IMG/VR virus record: IMGVR_UViG_3300049298_000011
Location: 1 to 46,019 of that record
Source of the DNA: a virus
Lineage: Duplodnaviria > Caudoviricetes
Length of the DNA stretch: 46,019 nt
Direction: 5' to 3' (one strand)
The notes beneath the pieces were generated by a model that was not told the origin of the DNA, ran no database searches, and saw nothing but the letters and a program-made list of their open reading frames with translations. Positions 1-8,538 of this stretch are shown one piece after another; within the stretch, counting starts at the first letter, position 1; every line of letters starts with the position of its first letter. A program made the translations under genes and the position numbers.

Positions 1-127
1 TTTTTTTTTTCTAACTACACACTACCCTCCTAAGCATACCTCTCACTCACACCCAGTCAGCCTCACACAGTCAGACTCACATACCATTCCATACATACAC
101 AGCCATAGTCACCCCAGCTCAAAACGT
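1..127. repeat. Terminal direct repeat, copy 1 (probably circular-assembly overlap)
   Basis: 1-127 is identical to 45893-46019; 127 is a common maximum assembler k-mer. Confidence 0.95.
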
Positions 128-186
128 GTATGTGTGTATGGATGTATGGATGTATGGAGAATCTCGTAAACGTAATAAATCTACCC

Positions 187-215
187 TTGATTTTTACACG
201 GCAGTGTGTTATATT
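187..215 (+). promoter_or_regulatory. Sigma70-type early promoter
   Basis: TTGATT-N17-TATATT with extended -10 TG; shares TGTTATATTTCAT with the promoter at 8848. Confidence 0.75.
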
Positions 216-267
216 TCATGGTCTGCAGTAGACCGACCATTCCCAACCAGAAAGCGGAGAGTGCAGC

Positions 268-399
268 ATGGAATCCTGGCTGATCCACAGTATCGACTTT
301 CAGATCTGGCAGTGCAGCGCGCACTACCAGAACATCATCGTCATGCCTCCCCGCTGGATCATCGGCTGGTCAGCCAACTCGTATCGGAGCCTGCCATGA
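268..399 (+). CDS. Small hypothetical protein (43 aa, MESWLIHSIDF...)
   Basis: Hand-translated; GGAGA RBS; ATGA overlap with next gene. Confidence 0.5.
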   Translation: MESWLIHSIDFQIWQCSAHYQNIIVMPPRWIIGWSANSYRSLP

Positions 400-581
400 A
401 GCACAAGATTCAGCTCACTCGCGTGCTCACCCAGGTCATCGAGATCGAGGTTGATCTGCCTGCCGAAGCAGACTGCACGGACGGCGTGATCCTCGGCTCC
501 GCGAAGGATGTTGCCAGCGAATACTTCGACACTGACTGGCGCACGCGGCAGGTTCGGTACAGTTACGAGATGGCTGACTGA
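396..581 (+). CDS. Hypothetical protein (MKHKIQLTR...)
   Basis: GGAG RBS before ATG 396; 3' part of track ORF 126..581; TGATG coupling to next gene. Confidence 0.7.
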   Translation: MKHKIQLTRVLTQVIEIEVDLPAEADCTDGVILGSAKDVASEYFDTDWRTRQVRYSYEMAD

Positions 582-769
582 TGCAGCGCGTCGTGATCGA
601 GGGCCGCTGCTCCGCCTGTCGCCGACTGTTGTTCGAGGTCAGCATCGAGGATGGAGCTACCACACATGACCTGAGCACAGTCTGTGTGCGCTGCACCAGA
701 ATCAAGTTCAATCCCTACATTCCACGTATCAGCATCAGGGCAATCATCCAGGCTCCAACGGAGGACTGA
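581..769 (+). CDS. Small zinc-ribbon-like protein
   Basis: CSAC...CVRC; TGATG overlaps on both sides. Confidence 0.65.
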   Translation: MQRVVIEGRCSACRRLLFEVSIEDGATTHDLSTVCVRCTRIKFNPYIPRISIRAIIQAPTED

Positions 770-951
770 TGCAGCAGCGCCGGACAATCCTTGATGAACT
801 CAATCACTGGAGATTGCTTGCTCCAGTGATTGACGTGCTCATCAAGCTCGACCGAGCCAAGCCACTGATCCTGCCAGTGGATGAGATTGCAGTACTGCAG
901 GACATCTTTTGTCCAGAACAATTCACCCCCAAGGAGGGACTCGTCTCGTGA
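769..951 (+). CDS. Hypothetical protein
   Basis: GGAGG RBS; coupled to neighbours. Confidence 0.65.
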   Translation: MQQRRTILDELNHWRLLAPVIDVLIKLDRAKPLILPVDEIAVLQDIFCPEQFTPKEGLVS

Positions 952-1181
952 GTAATCATGACGCGGTGCTTCAGCCAGATGGTACGCTGACCATCACTGG
1001 CAAGTGCCCAGTCACCAAGAAGGAATGGAGGCTGGAAGGCATCGAGGTAGATGCATACAACAGGTGGAGGAGTGGGACGTTCGCTCAAGATGCGTTCCCC
1101 GAGCTCACACCGGGGCAGCGTGACCTCCTCATTCATGGCATCGTCGAGGAAGAGTACGATAGACTCTTCAAGGAGGAGTGA
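948..1181 (+). CDS. Hypothetical phage protein
   Basis: AAGGAGG RBS, GTGA overlap; QDAFPELTPGQRDLLIHGI motif. Confidence 0.7.
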   Translation: MSNHDAVLQPDGTLTITGKCPVTKKEWRLEGIEVDAYNRWRSGTFAQDAFPELTPGQRDLLIHGIVEEEYDRLFKEE

Positions 1182-1624
1182 GTCCGATGGCTGAGCCGTT
1201 CGAGGACCTGAACATCTACGTTCAGAAGATGGTCAAGCAGCCGCTAACTCTGCGTCAGTGTGAGCGCGTGGGTTGGGCGCTGACCTTCACAGCAGAAGCG
1301 ATGGCTGCATGCGATGTTCCCCTCGCCATGCGTGACAAGGAGATGTTCGCCGTCGCTAAGGAACTCGTCGAGGAGTTCAACAACGGGAAGGATACTTACC
1401 CGAATGCTCAGACTGAACTGGTCTGGACCAAGCGTGCTCATGCAGGATGGCTGTACTCATCAACTGCGGGCGCCGCAGGTGGTACGGTGGTCGAGTCTGG
1501 GCGCGCAGCGCCGGACCACTACGACATTCAGGGTACGCTGACGGGCAGGCTTCCTCGCAGCGGGCCGGAGGGGCTGGGTAAGGGCAACAGCAACAGCGGC
1601 ACTGCATCGGAGGACATCAAGTGA
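1178..1624 (+). CDS. Hypothetical protein carrying a GTLTGRL motif
   Basis: 148-aa ORF, AAGGAGG RBS, overlaps neighbours. Confidence 0.7.
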   Translation: MSPMAEPFEDLNIYVQKMVKQPLTLRQCERVGWALTFTAEAMAACDVPLAMRDKEMFAVAKELVEEFNNGKDTYPNAQTELVWTKRAHAGWLYSSTAGAAGGTVVESGRAAPDHYDIQGTLTGRLPRSGPEGLGKGNSNSGTASEDIK

Positions 1625-1872
1625 AGCGCCGAGTCGAGGCTGCATGGCAGCTGTTCCGGGTCATCATTCCTGCAGGGGCACCTCCATTTCAGCGCACCGA
1701 GATGAAGAAGGCGTTCTATGCTGGTGCCTTCGCCATGTTCTCTGCACTGGTCAATGGAGTAGATGACAACCCTGATCCAAGTGCAGCTGACATGAGCATG
1801 ATGGACGAGATCCATGCTGAGCTACAAGCTTTCAAGCTGGCAATGAAGAACGACGAGGACATCGGAGTCTAG
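1621..1872 (+). CDS. Hypothetical phage protein
   Basis: GGAGG RBS, GTGA overlap; EMKKAFYAGA motif. Confidence 0.75.
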   Translation: MKRRVEAAWQLFRVIIPAGAPPFQRTEMKKAFYAGAFAMFSALVNGVDDNPDPSAADMSMMDEIHAELQAFKLAMKNDEDIGV

Positions 1873-1899
1873 CCCAATACCATCCCCAAGGAGCATCAA

Positions 1900-2229
1900 G
1901 TGATTCGAGTATCAGCATTTCTGGTGGAGTTTGCACGTGAGATCAGCAGTGATCTGCGCTCGCACGTCGCTCCCGACAAGCTCCAGTTCGAGGTTGAGAT
2001 GGAACTGCAGAAGCAGATCCTGTCTCAGTGTGTTCAGGCCATCGGCGAGTACCAGCAGGCCATCCAGTTCTATCGTTCGGATGAGGTGAAGATCGCCGCT
2101 GGTCGGAAGAAGGTGCTGCGTTTCATGGGGTACTGCAGTGAGATGTGGGTTGTGCAGGATCAGGTGAAGGGAGCACTGACGTCTGGCGAGGTGCGGGACA
2201 TCACGGAGCTGGACGCAATCTTTTCCTAA
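1900..2229 (+). CDS. Hypothetical protein
   Basis: AAGGAG RBS; stop codon lies inside palindrome copy 1. Confidence 0.7.
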   Translation: MIRVSAFLVEFAREISSDLRSHVAPDKLQFEVEMELQKQILSQCVQAIGEYQQAIQFYRSDEVKIAAGRKKVLRFMGYCSEMWVVQDQVKGALTSGEVRDITELDAIFS

Positions 2230-2246
2230 TTACACCGGGTAATTAG
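2226..2246. promoter_or_regulatory. Palindromic site CTAATTAC-N5-GTAATTAG, copy 1
   Basis: CTAATTAC ACCGG GTAATTAG. Confidence 0.9.
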
Positions 2247-2274
2247 TGAATCACTCAACTGGAGGCGGATCACA

Positions 2275-2508
2275 ATGAGCAGACGATCGCTGCAGTATCG
2301 GGACAGCTACAGTCGGACTGGGAAGGAAGTGCTGGAGCAGGTGATCCTCAGTCGGCACAGCTTCGCCAGATCAGAAGGCAGGACTCAGCTGTACATCGAA
2401 GCATCAGGGCGGCACGTTCCAGGAATTCCGTCTCGCATCCAGGCCTCCATGCCTATCAAGCCGGCGAAAGCCGCACGACTGGCGGCGTCGCTGCGGAGGT
2501 ACTTCTGA
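2275..2508 (+). CDS. Basic hypothetical protein
   Basis: GGAGG RBS; TGATG coupling. Confidence 0.65.
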   Translation: MSRRSLQYRDSYSRTGKEVLEQVILSRHSFARSEGRTQLYIEASGRHVPGIPSRIQASMPIKPAKAARLAASLRRYF

Positions 2509-3029
2509 TGGGAGTCAAGAGCAAGATCTGGGGGCTGGATGTCGAGGTCTTCGATGACGCCGAGACTAGTGGCTCCAATGATACCTACTTTCAGGTCGAA
2601 GGTATCGCTGGCAAAGCCTTCCCAACGCCGAGCCCGGCCACATTCATTGGTGAGCCGCCGAAGCTCAAGCCCGAGCTCAAGGTTGAGTGGCTGACCGCAC
2701 TCAATCATGGCAGCTACAAGCAGGGCCAAGCATACCTCGCGCAATGGCCGAGCAACGAGAAGGGTGTTCATTACTGCTGCCTCGGTGTGCTCTGCGAGAT
2801 CGAGCGACTGGACTTCCAGACCATCAATCTCAACGACGGCACGGTTATCTCAATGGCCTCGTCAGTCAAGAAGTACGAGTTCGATGAGACCAACTCCGAG
2901 GTATTTCTTCCGGCCAAGTTCGCAGAGTCCATCGGACTCACGGAGGAACATCAGCTTCTGCTGAGCAGTCTCAACGACAGCGGCTGGACATTCGAGGAGA
3001 TCGCAGCCCTCATCGAGAGGGTTTGCTAA
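2508..3029 (+). CDS. Hypothetical phage protein (YCCLGVLC...LND..WTFEEIA type)
   Basis: GGAGG RBS; coupled at both ends. Confidence 0.75.
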   Translation: MGVKSKIWGLDVEVFDDAETSGSNDTYFQVEGIAGKAFPTPSPATFIGEPPKLKPELKVEWLTALNHGSYKQGQAYLAQWPSNEKGVHYCCLGVLCEIERLDFQTINLNDGTVISMASSVKKYEFDETNSEVFLPAKFAESIGLTEEHQLLLSSLNDSGWTFEEIAALIERVC

Positions 3030-3445
3030 TGGATGCGGGATTCGACAGCTACACTGGGGTACCTATCCAGAAGTACGAATCTCAAATCCCGAACATCGGC
3101 AAGGGAAGATCACCCTTCTACAAGGAGGCGGAACTCCAGCGAATATCCGCGCAGTACTACATCGGACCCCACGAGGGAGGCAGCGTGGCGGAGCCCAGCG
3201 TGGCCGCGGAGTCCGTCCCCGCGCCACGTAGCTGGTACCTGCGTCGTGAGGGTTGCCCCGCCGAGTTCTTCCCTGCGCTGCGCAGTTCCGCTGTTGCTCA
3301 TGCAGTCATGGACTGGTGCGTGAGGAACGATGCCTCAGTTCGCATCGTGATTCATTGGCTCACTGAGGGTAACATCGAGCCATACTTCAACCTACTCGAT
3401 AGAGTAGCGGAGATTGCGGATGTCGTTGACAGAGCTCGAAGCTAA
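3029..3445 (+). CDS. Hypothetical protein
   Basis: TAATG overlap, GAGAGG RBS. Confidence 0.65.
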   Translation: MDAGFDSYTGVPIQKYESQIPNIGKGRSPFYKEAELQRISAQYYIGPHEGGSVAEPSVAAESVPAPRSWYLRREGCPAEFFPALRSSAVAHAVMDWCVRNDASVRIVIHWLTEGNIEPYFNLLDRVAEIADVVDRARS

Positions 3446-3548
3446 CCGCGAGAAGATCCGACGCAGGATCTGGCTCGTCATCAAGGTGATAGGATTCATT
3501 GATGGCTTGCTGATCGGGCACATCATTTTCCTGGCCTGTCATGGCTGA
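3420..3548 (+). CDS. Small membrane protein (42 aa, MSLTELEANREKIRRRIWLVIKVIGFIDGLLIGHIIFLACHG)
   Basis: Hand-translated; GGAG RBS; fills gap between genes; hydrophobic C-terminal half. Confidence 0.55.
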   Translation: MSLTELEANREKIRRRIWLVIKVIGFIDGLLIGHIIFLACHG

Positions 3549-3771
3549 CAAGAAGACCCGCTGCTATTGCGAGAAATCCGTGATAGCTAACTGCGACATC
3601 TGCAAAGAGAAGGCACACATCAGTCCGAGCACTGGACTCTGCATTGTGTGCCTGACTGGGGAAGTCCAGGATCGTCTCGCAGAGTTCATTCTCCACGACA
3701 TCAACTGTCCGGAGACGAAGCATGCACAGAGTCAAGCTCGCGAAGCGCTTCAACGCAAGGAGGGAAAGTGA
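3541..3771 (+). CDS. Cys-rich hypothetical protein
   Basis: CYC, CDIC, CIVC; overlaps neighbours. Confidence 0.6.
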   Translation: MADKKTRCYCEKSVIANCDICKEKAHISPSTGLCIVCLTGEVQDRLAEFILHDINCPETKHAQSQAREALQRKEGK

Positions 3772-4103
3772 GCAAGCATACCCTAACAATCGACTGCCCG
3801 ATCTGCGAGGATGAGATCGAGGTCGAGGTAACAGTCACGCACTGGGGTAGCCGCGGCAGCTACTGGGAGCCGGCCGAGGGACCAGAGACTGAGTGGGAGG
3901 TTCCGAAGGAATGTGACAGCTGCAAGGGCAGCTTCTCGCATGAACAGTACGAGGAACTCAGCAACAAGATCGAGAAGAGGGTTGATGATAAGCTGTGTGA
4001 CTGGGAGGATGATGTCGGCCAGGCTATTGCGGATCACGAGGTTGATTCTTATCTCGAGGATCTGCATTACAAGAACACAACCTATGGAGATGGGCCACTG
4101 TGA
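3768..4103 (+). CDS. Acidic zinc-ribbon protein
   Basis: AAGGAGG RBS, GTG start; CPIC...CDSC. Confidence 0.7.
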   Translation: MSKHTLTIDCPICEDEIEVEVTVTHWGSRGSYWEPAEGPETEWEVPKECDSCKGSFSHEQYEELSNKIEKRVDDKLCDWEDDVGQAIADHEVDSYLEDLHYKNTTYGDGPL

Positions 4104-4414
4104 GACTCGAAGAGATGCTCGAACCGGAGGAGCGCGACGAGGGCTGGCTCGGTCAGTTCATGAAGAAGGAACCAGTGACCTTCGACGTGGATCGCAGGTT
4201 CATCGAGGCACTGGATCGCTACGTCAAGGATCGGATTCCGACTGGCGGATTCCTCGGCGCGGTCCTCTGCAACAACCTGAAGGAAGCAGTGGGTATGGCT
4301 GACATCGAGAGTCAGCTTCAGCTGTGTGCAATCGTAAGCTACTGCTACAATCACATCCCCTCGGAATCATGGGGCTCACCGGAGAAGGTAGCGCAGTGGC
4401 TGACGAAATCCTGA
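4100..4414 (+). CDS. Hypothetical phage protein
   Basis: GGFLGAVLCNNL...WGSPEKV motif; GTGA overlap. Confidence 0.75.
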   Translation: MRLEEMLEPEERDEGWLGQFMKKEPVTFDVDRRFIEALDRYVKDRIPTGGFLGAVLCNNLKEAVGMADIESQLQLCAIVSYCYNHIPSESWGSPEKVAQWLTKS

Positions 4415-4620
4415 CCATCAAGAACAGAACCGATCGCCCTTCTAATCGGGCTATCATTACTACCCTCTGTATCAAGAAGGGTGTTCGACACTGGAATATC
4501 ACAGTCTGGAATCGTGGTGGCCAGGCTGGGATTCTCACGGTGGATGCAGCGGACGGGCAGACTATTGTCAACAAGCTAATTCCACCAAACATTCAGACAG
4601 TTCAACCGGAGATACCCTGA
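4396..4620 (+). CDS. Hypothetical protein
   Basis: GTG start after GGAGAAGG; abuts next ATG. Confidence 0.6.
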   Translation: MADEILTIKNRTDRPSNRAIITTLCIKKGVRHWNITVWNRGGQAGILTVDAADGQTIVNKLIPPNIQTVQPEIP

Positions 4621-5090
4621 TGAAAGTCACGATGCTGACGAAGCGAGTCACAGTCAATGTGGTCTCGCACCGAGCATCACATGCGCTCGAAGAGTTCCTC
4701 AATACCCCTGAATGTGAGGGTTGCGAGGTGCTCTCAGCTGGAGTCACGCTGGTCACAAATCCCGACGCACTGAAGAAGACAGTGGAGTTTGTGAAGGCTA
4801 CTGGCACACCCATTCTGGGATACAAGCCAGACATGGACTCCGAGAGCTCCGAGCAGAAGGTGTGGGTGGTGACGGTAGACCTCGAAGAGGCTATCGACTT
4901 CACGAAGTCGGCAACAGATGAAACAGCGACCGAGCCAGCTGTACCTGTCCAGGATTTCGAGCAGCGCTTCGACGGCTGGTATTTCCGTGGCGTGGATGAG
5001 GATAGCTATGGTCCCTACGCAACGATCGCGGAAGCTGAGGCGGAACGCAGTAACTACCTGAAGTGGGTGGAGGACGGTAAGCCTGTATGA
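4620..5090 (+). CDS. Hypothetical protein
   Basis: GGAG RBS; C-terminal GWYF...GPYAT..EAE motif. Confidence 0.7.
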   Translation: MKVTMLTKRVTVNVVSHRASHALEEFLNTPECEGCEVLSAGVTLVTNPDALKKTVEFVKATGTPILGYKPDMDSESSEQKVWVVTVDLEEAIDFTKSATDETATEPAVPVQDFEQRFDGWYFRGVDEDSYGPYATIAEAEAERSNYLKWVEDGKPV

Positions 5091-5356
5091 GCAATGGTGA
5101 GCGTCGGCTGACAATCGCCTACATCGAGAGCCGGGACTGCTCATGGCCGTTTACGGTGAAGGAGCAAGCCAAGCTCGTCCTTCGGTTGTCAGCCGAACTC
5201 ACCACTAAGCGGCGCAAGCTAGCTGAGCTCAACATGATGGAGCCAGAGAAGATTGATCTGATGGAGGATGTTGCTCGACTTCATCAGCATCTCGGTGTGG
5301 CCTACCGCAACATGGCCCGAGAGCTGAAGTATTCCCAGGCTCTCATTGATCCCTAA
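5087..5356 (+). CDS. Hypothetical helical protein
   Basis: ATGA overlap; stop codon inside palindrome copy 2. Confidence 0.65.
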   Translation: MSNGERRLTIAYIESRDCSWPFTVKEQAKLVLRLSAELTTKRRKLAELNMMEPEKIDLMEDVARLHQHLGVAYRNMARELKYSQALIDP

Positions 5357-5373
5357 TTACTCGGAGTAATTAG
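5353..5373. promoter_or_regulatory. Palindromic site copy 2, overlapping RBS of the gene at 5375
   Basis: CTAATTAC TCGGA GTAATTAG t ATG. Confidence 0.9.
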
Positions 5374-5374
5374 T

Positions 5375-6175
5375 ATGGGGAGGCGAATGATAGCAACGGA
5401 AATGCTGAAGAATGAACGCAGGCAGTCGGAGGGCCTCAACGAAGCACTGGACTGGCGATTCAGACTGACCGATCATCTCACGAAAGTCTGTGATCTTAGC
5501 TGGCAGGAGGCTCGACGACTGGCTAAGATCGCCTACGATGCTAAGCTTTATGGCATATCACAGGACAGACTCAAGGAGATGTTCATGCAGAACAGTATCA
5601 TCACGCTGGATGCTGGCGATAGATACATGATGAAGCAGATGGGAATGGACGAGGAACAATACGAGCAGTTCATCCTCGATCTGATACTGGAGAAGTACAA
5701 TCTCTATCAACCGAAGCGGCCTCTGGAGATGCCGCCCATCGGCAGGCACTATCATGCGATGGTAGTGGATGATCTGACTGAACGGGAGCAGAGACGTGAC
5801 ATCGAGCTGGTGCAGCGTGGCAGAGACATCGAACGTATCTCTCAGGAGGAGAGCATGAATCGCGGGCAGAATCAGGAAGCATGTGGGCAGGTACACGTCG
5901 GCCTTCGCAATCCGAACATCGGAGCGCAGACAACTGCGCGACCTATCAGTCCTCTGGAGGATCATCGCAACAAGCTGATGGCTCTCTACGAGAACATGAG
6001 GGTATCTGAGAAGACGATGATTGGGAACAGGAACACCGTCACGGCTACTGATCCTCTCAGTGCAGAGTTCAGCAATCTGCTTGCGGACTACCATTCGTCA
6101 GTCACCTATTTCCTGGCCTGCGTCAAGGACTATCTCGACGTAGCCAGCATCTCAATGGGGCTTGCTCATGGCTGA
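5375..6175 (+). CDS. Hypothetical protein with a terminase Walker-B-like fragment
   Basis: 266-aa ORF; GGAG RBS within the palindrome; IGRHYHAMVVDDL. Confidence 0.75.
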   Translation: MGRRMIATEMLKNERRQSEGLNEALDWRFRLTDHLTKVCDLSWQEARRLAKIAYDAKLYGISQDRLKEMFMQNSIITLDAGDRYMMKQMGMDEEQYEQFILDLILEKYNLYQPKRPLEMPPIGRHYHAMVVDDLTEREQRRDIELVQRGRDIERISQEESMNRGQNQEACGQVHVGLRNPNIGAQTTARPISPLEDHRNKLMALYENMRVSEKTMIGNRNTVTATDPLSAEFSNLLADYHSSVTYFLACVKDYLDVASISMGLAHG

Positions 6176-6347
6176 GTCCGAGGATGACTTCGAGGATCTA
6201 GATGAGTACGACGAGGAGCAGGACATCGACGGTGAGTCTGGTACATTCGTAGATCCAGGAGTCGAGGATGAGGATGTCCCAGAGGACGAAGCGCTATGGG
6301 ATCTTCCGCCAGAGCCTCGCTCGATCGGAGATGAGGACGACGAGTAG
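6168..6347 (+). CDS. Highly acidic small protein
   Basis: 59 aa, about half Asp/Glu; overlaps previous stop. Confidence 0.6.
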   Translation: MAESEDDFEDLDEYDEEQDIDGESGTFVDPGVEDEDVPEDEALWDLPPEPRSIGDEDDE

Positions 6348-6356
6348 TATCGCAGG

Positions 6357-6403
6357 TTAGGAGGAAGGTCGCAAAGAGAGGGTTCGACTCCCTCTCCTCC
6401 TAA
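6357..6403 (+). ncRNA. tRNA-like mini-element (acceptor-like stem plus T-arm; no D or anticodon arm)
   Basis: TTAGGAGGA...GAGGG-TTCGACT-CCCTC-TCCTCCTAA in an intergenic gap. Confidence 0.5.
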
Positions 6404-6436
6404 TAACTTAGCCACGGCTCTACCGCAGAGGTTAGT

Positions 6437-6664
6437 GTGTTCGCTCCGGGTTCCATACTGGTTGTTACTGAGAAGCCAGACGTTGCATTCGTAACAGTCA
6501 AGGAGAATGTAGGTCCCATTCCCGGACTGGGTTGGCTGCTGATCACGGAAGAAGGCAACTGGATAGTTGCATCACAGCACAAGAACTCGGCTTACCTATC
6601 TCACATTGTGTTCCTGCTGCATACTGAGATAGTATCTTTTCTCATGACGAAGGTAGAACAATGA
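6437..6664 (+). CDS. Hypothetical protein
   Basis: GAGG RBS, GTG start, ATGA overlap with next gene. Confidence 0.6.
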   Translation: MFAPGSILVVTEKPDVAFVTVKENVGPIPGLGWLLITEEGNWIVASQHKNSAYLSHIVFLLHTEIVSFLMTKVEQ

Positions 6665-6915
6665 CTTACAGTTTCACCATCGGCGATCTGGTAGTAATCC
6701 GACAGGAAGCTACCAACAACCAGCGACTGGGCAAGGTAGTGAAGGTCAATGGCCGCGGACAGGCAACGATCCAGCTGTATAAGGATCGAGTATTCAAGCG
6801 CGAGGGAACTCTGCGGATCAACACTGACGGTGCCAGTGGACTCGGCCTGTTCACGCTGATCAAGCATGTGCCTCATGCCGAGCTCCTCGCAACTGGGAGA
6901 ATGCAGAATGTCTAA
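6661..6915 (+). CDS. Small SH3/KOW-like beta protein
   Basis: FTIGDLVVI...GKVVKVNG pattern. Confidence 0.65.
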   Translation: MTYSFTIGDLVVIRQEATNNQRLGKVVKVNGRGQATIQLYKDRVFKREGTLRINTDGASGLGLFTLIKHVPHAELLATGRMQNV

Positions 6916-7111
6916 CGCAGCGAAGAAGATGCTGGCTCGAGCCTACCTGACAGGATACGTGGATAGCCAGCAAGCAATCACAGGACAGCCGAAGTTCTTC
7001 GCGGCAGGTGGAAGTCTCATCGGGTACTTCCGAAAGGAGCTAAACATTATCGTTACCCCTGAGTGGGCCAACGATGTAGTTCGAGGATTCAAGAATGGGT
7101 TACAGTCGTAG
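6908..7111 (+). CDS. Hypothetical protein
   Basis: GGAG RBS; overlaps neighbours. Confidence 0.6.
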   Translation: MSNAAKKMLARAYLTGYVDSQQAITGQPKFFAAGGSLIGYFRKELNIIVTPEWANDVVRGFKNGLQS

Positions 7112-7664
7112 CAAGCGAACGCTTCTGAAGATGCAGCCGCTCCTCTCCAACTTGGATCAGGGGCTGGATGCTCAGTGGAACTTGGCGCCAGGAATGTCAC
7201 CCGAGATGTTTGCATACAAGGTTCGTGAAGCACTGTATGTAGCATCTCTGTTCCCACACGAGTTCCCTCGGCTGGCCGAAGCGCACAAGAATTTCAAGGT
7301 AGAGATCGTGAACCGCACTGTAGTACAGGCTGTGTTCAGACCATACACAGGTGGAAGCGGTGGCGTCGAGAAGGTGACGGTGACTCACGGACTGCAGGGT
7401 GGTGAGGCAGCTCCGACTACGTTGGCTGGTCCACAGACAGCGGCAAGCGTGATTGCAGCATGGCATGCAACTCAGCCAAGCAACACTCCGATGAAGTTTC
7501 CCCAGGCTGGCATGGCCAAGGATGAGCTTACGAAGCTGTATCAGTGGTGCAGCGAGCGCACCCCAGTCTGGTACATGTTCGTAGATATCAATGGAGGACT
7601 GGTGATACGTCCGAGGACGAAGGATCTGGAAGGCCTAGGCTGGGACCCGACCGATGAGGACTAG
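7095..7664 (+). CDS. Hypothetical protein
   Basis: 189-aa ORF, GAGG RBS. Confidence 0.75.
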   Translation: MGYSRSKRTLLKMQPLLSNLDQGLDAQWNLAPGMSPEMFAYKVREALYVASLFPHEFPRLAEAHKNFKVEIVNRTVVQAVFRPYTGGSGGVEKVTVTHGLQGGEAAPTTLAGPQTAASVIAAWHATQPSNTPMKFPQAGMAKDELTKLYQWCSERTPVWYMFVDINGGLVIRPRTKDLEGLGWDPTDED

Positions 7665-7857
7665 CCGACTCTCAGGGACCGAGGTTGAGTTCGTAGCACT
7701 CTGCGTGAACCTCGTCAACCTCCAGCAGATGATCCAGAAGGAAGAGCATGTGCGTACCGTAGAGCTGATGAAAGAAAGTCTCGATCGTGGAATGGAAAGG
7801 TACCACGAACTCAGCCAAGAGATTGATTTCGTCCACCTTCTGAAGGCCCTCTCATGA
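7654..7857 (+). CDS. Hypothetical protein
   Basis: Overlaps both neighbours. Confidence 0.6.
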   Translation: MRTSRLSGTEVEFVALCVNLVNLQQMIQKEEHVRTVELMKESLDRGMERYHELSQEIDFVHLLKALS

Positions 7858-8084
7858 ACAAGAAGCTCGCATACCAGATCCTCAGTGCTCCTGCAAAGGC
7901 AGCGCCAGAGGACGTTCGGAATCTAGCTGACGCCTACATTCAGCAATACAATTACGTCGAAGAGCTGAATCGTGCCATCAAGAATGGTGGCCCACTGCCA
8001 GATCCAGCACAGATGGTAATGAAGCGACAGCGAAGGGAGTGGCCTGCACTGTGGGCAGCGATCGACCATATCCGAGAGGGATGA
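7854..8084 (+). CDS. Hypothetical protein
   Basis: ATGA overlap with previous gene. Confidence 0.65.
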   Translation: MNKKLAYQILSAPAKAAPEDVRNLADAYIQQYNYVEELNRAIKNGGPLPDPAQMVMKRQRREWPALWAAIDHIREG

Positions 8085-8087
8085 CCG

Positions 8088-8537
8088 ATGCTCGCCTTTG
8101 CGCGGCCGAAGTGCTACCTCGCTGGCCCGATGGCAGGACTACCGAAGCATAACTATCCGCTGTTCATCGAGGCTACGGAGTATCTGCGACATCGAGACTA
8201 CGACATCATCTCGCCAGTGGAGTGCATCAACAACGAGGGAGGTTCAATCAGCTGGCAGGACTGCATGCGGAGAGATCTGGGCCAGTTGGTAATCTGCAAC
8301 AAAATCTTCCTGCTCCCCGACTGGCAACAATCGAGAGGCGCAACACTGGAACTGTTCATCTCAGCTATGCTTGGGCTGAGCATCTACACGATCAAGGTTG
8401 TGGAGGAGAATGGTAACAGACACTTCAACCTATGGCAGGTACACTTCAGTCCATTACGTGCACTCTGCTACCTGCTCGAAGCACACTTCCCTGATATGGC
8501 TCGTCGGATAATCACAGCGATCAGACTTGAGGAGTAA
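8088..8537 (+). CDS. DUF4406 / nucleoside 2-deoxyribosyltransferase-like protein
   Basis: YLAGPM.G....N...F; W..CMRRDL..L..C..I.LLPDW..SRGA.LE pattern. Confidence 0.85.
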   Translation: MLAFARPKCYLAGPMAGLPKHNYPLFIEATEYLRHRDYDIISPVECINNEGGSISWQDCMRRDLGQLVICNKIFLLPDWQQSRGATLELFISAMLGLSIYTIKVVEENGNRHFNLWQVHFSPLRALCYLLEAHFPDMARRIITAIRLEE

Positions 8538-8538
8538 T

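Noticed and set aside
1-127. 127-bp terminal repeat as a biological direct terminal repeat
   Set aside because: Length equals a standard assembler k-mer; most simply a circular-contig overlap
126-395. N-terminal extension of track ORF 126..581 (likewise extensions of ORFs 11642, 32855, 34798, 35615, 44959)
   Set aside because: Run through promoter/repeat DNA or the neighbouring gene; better RBS-supported starts lie downstream
6357-6403. Bona fide tRNA gene or attP
   Set aside because: Lacks D arm, anticodon arm and CCA; no integrase recognised
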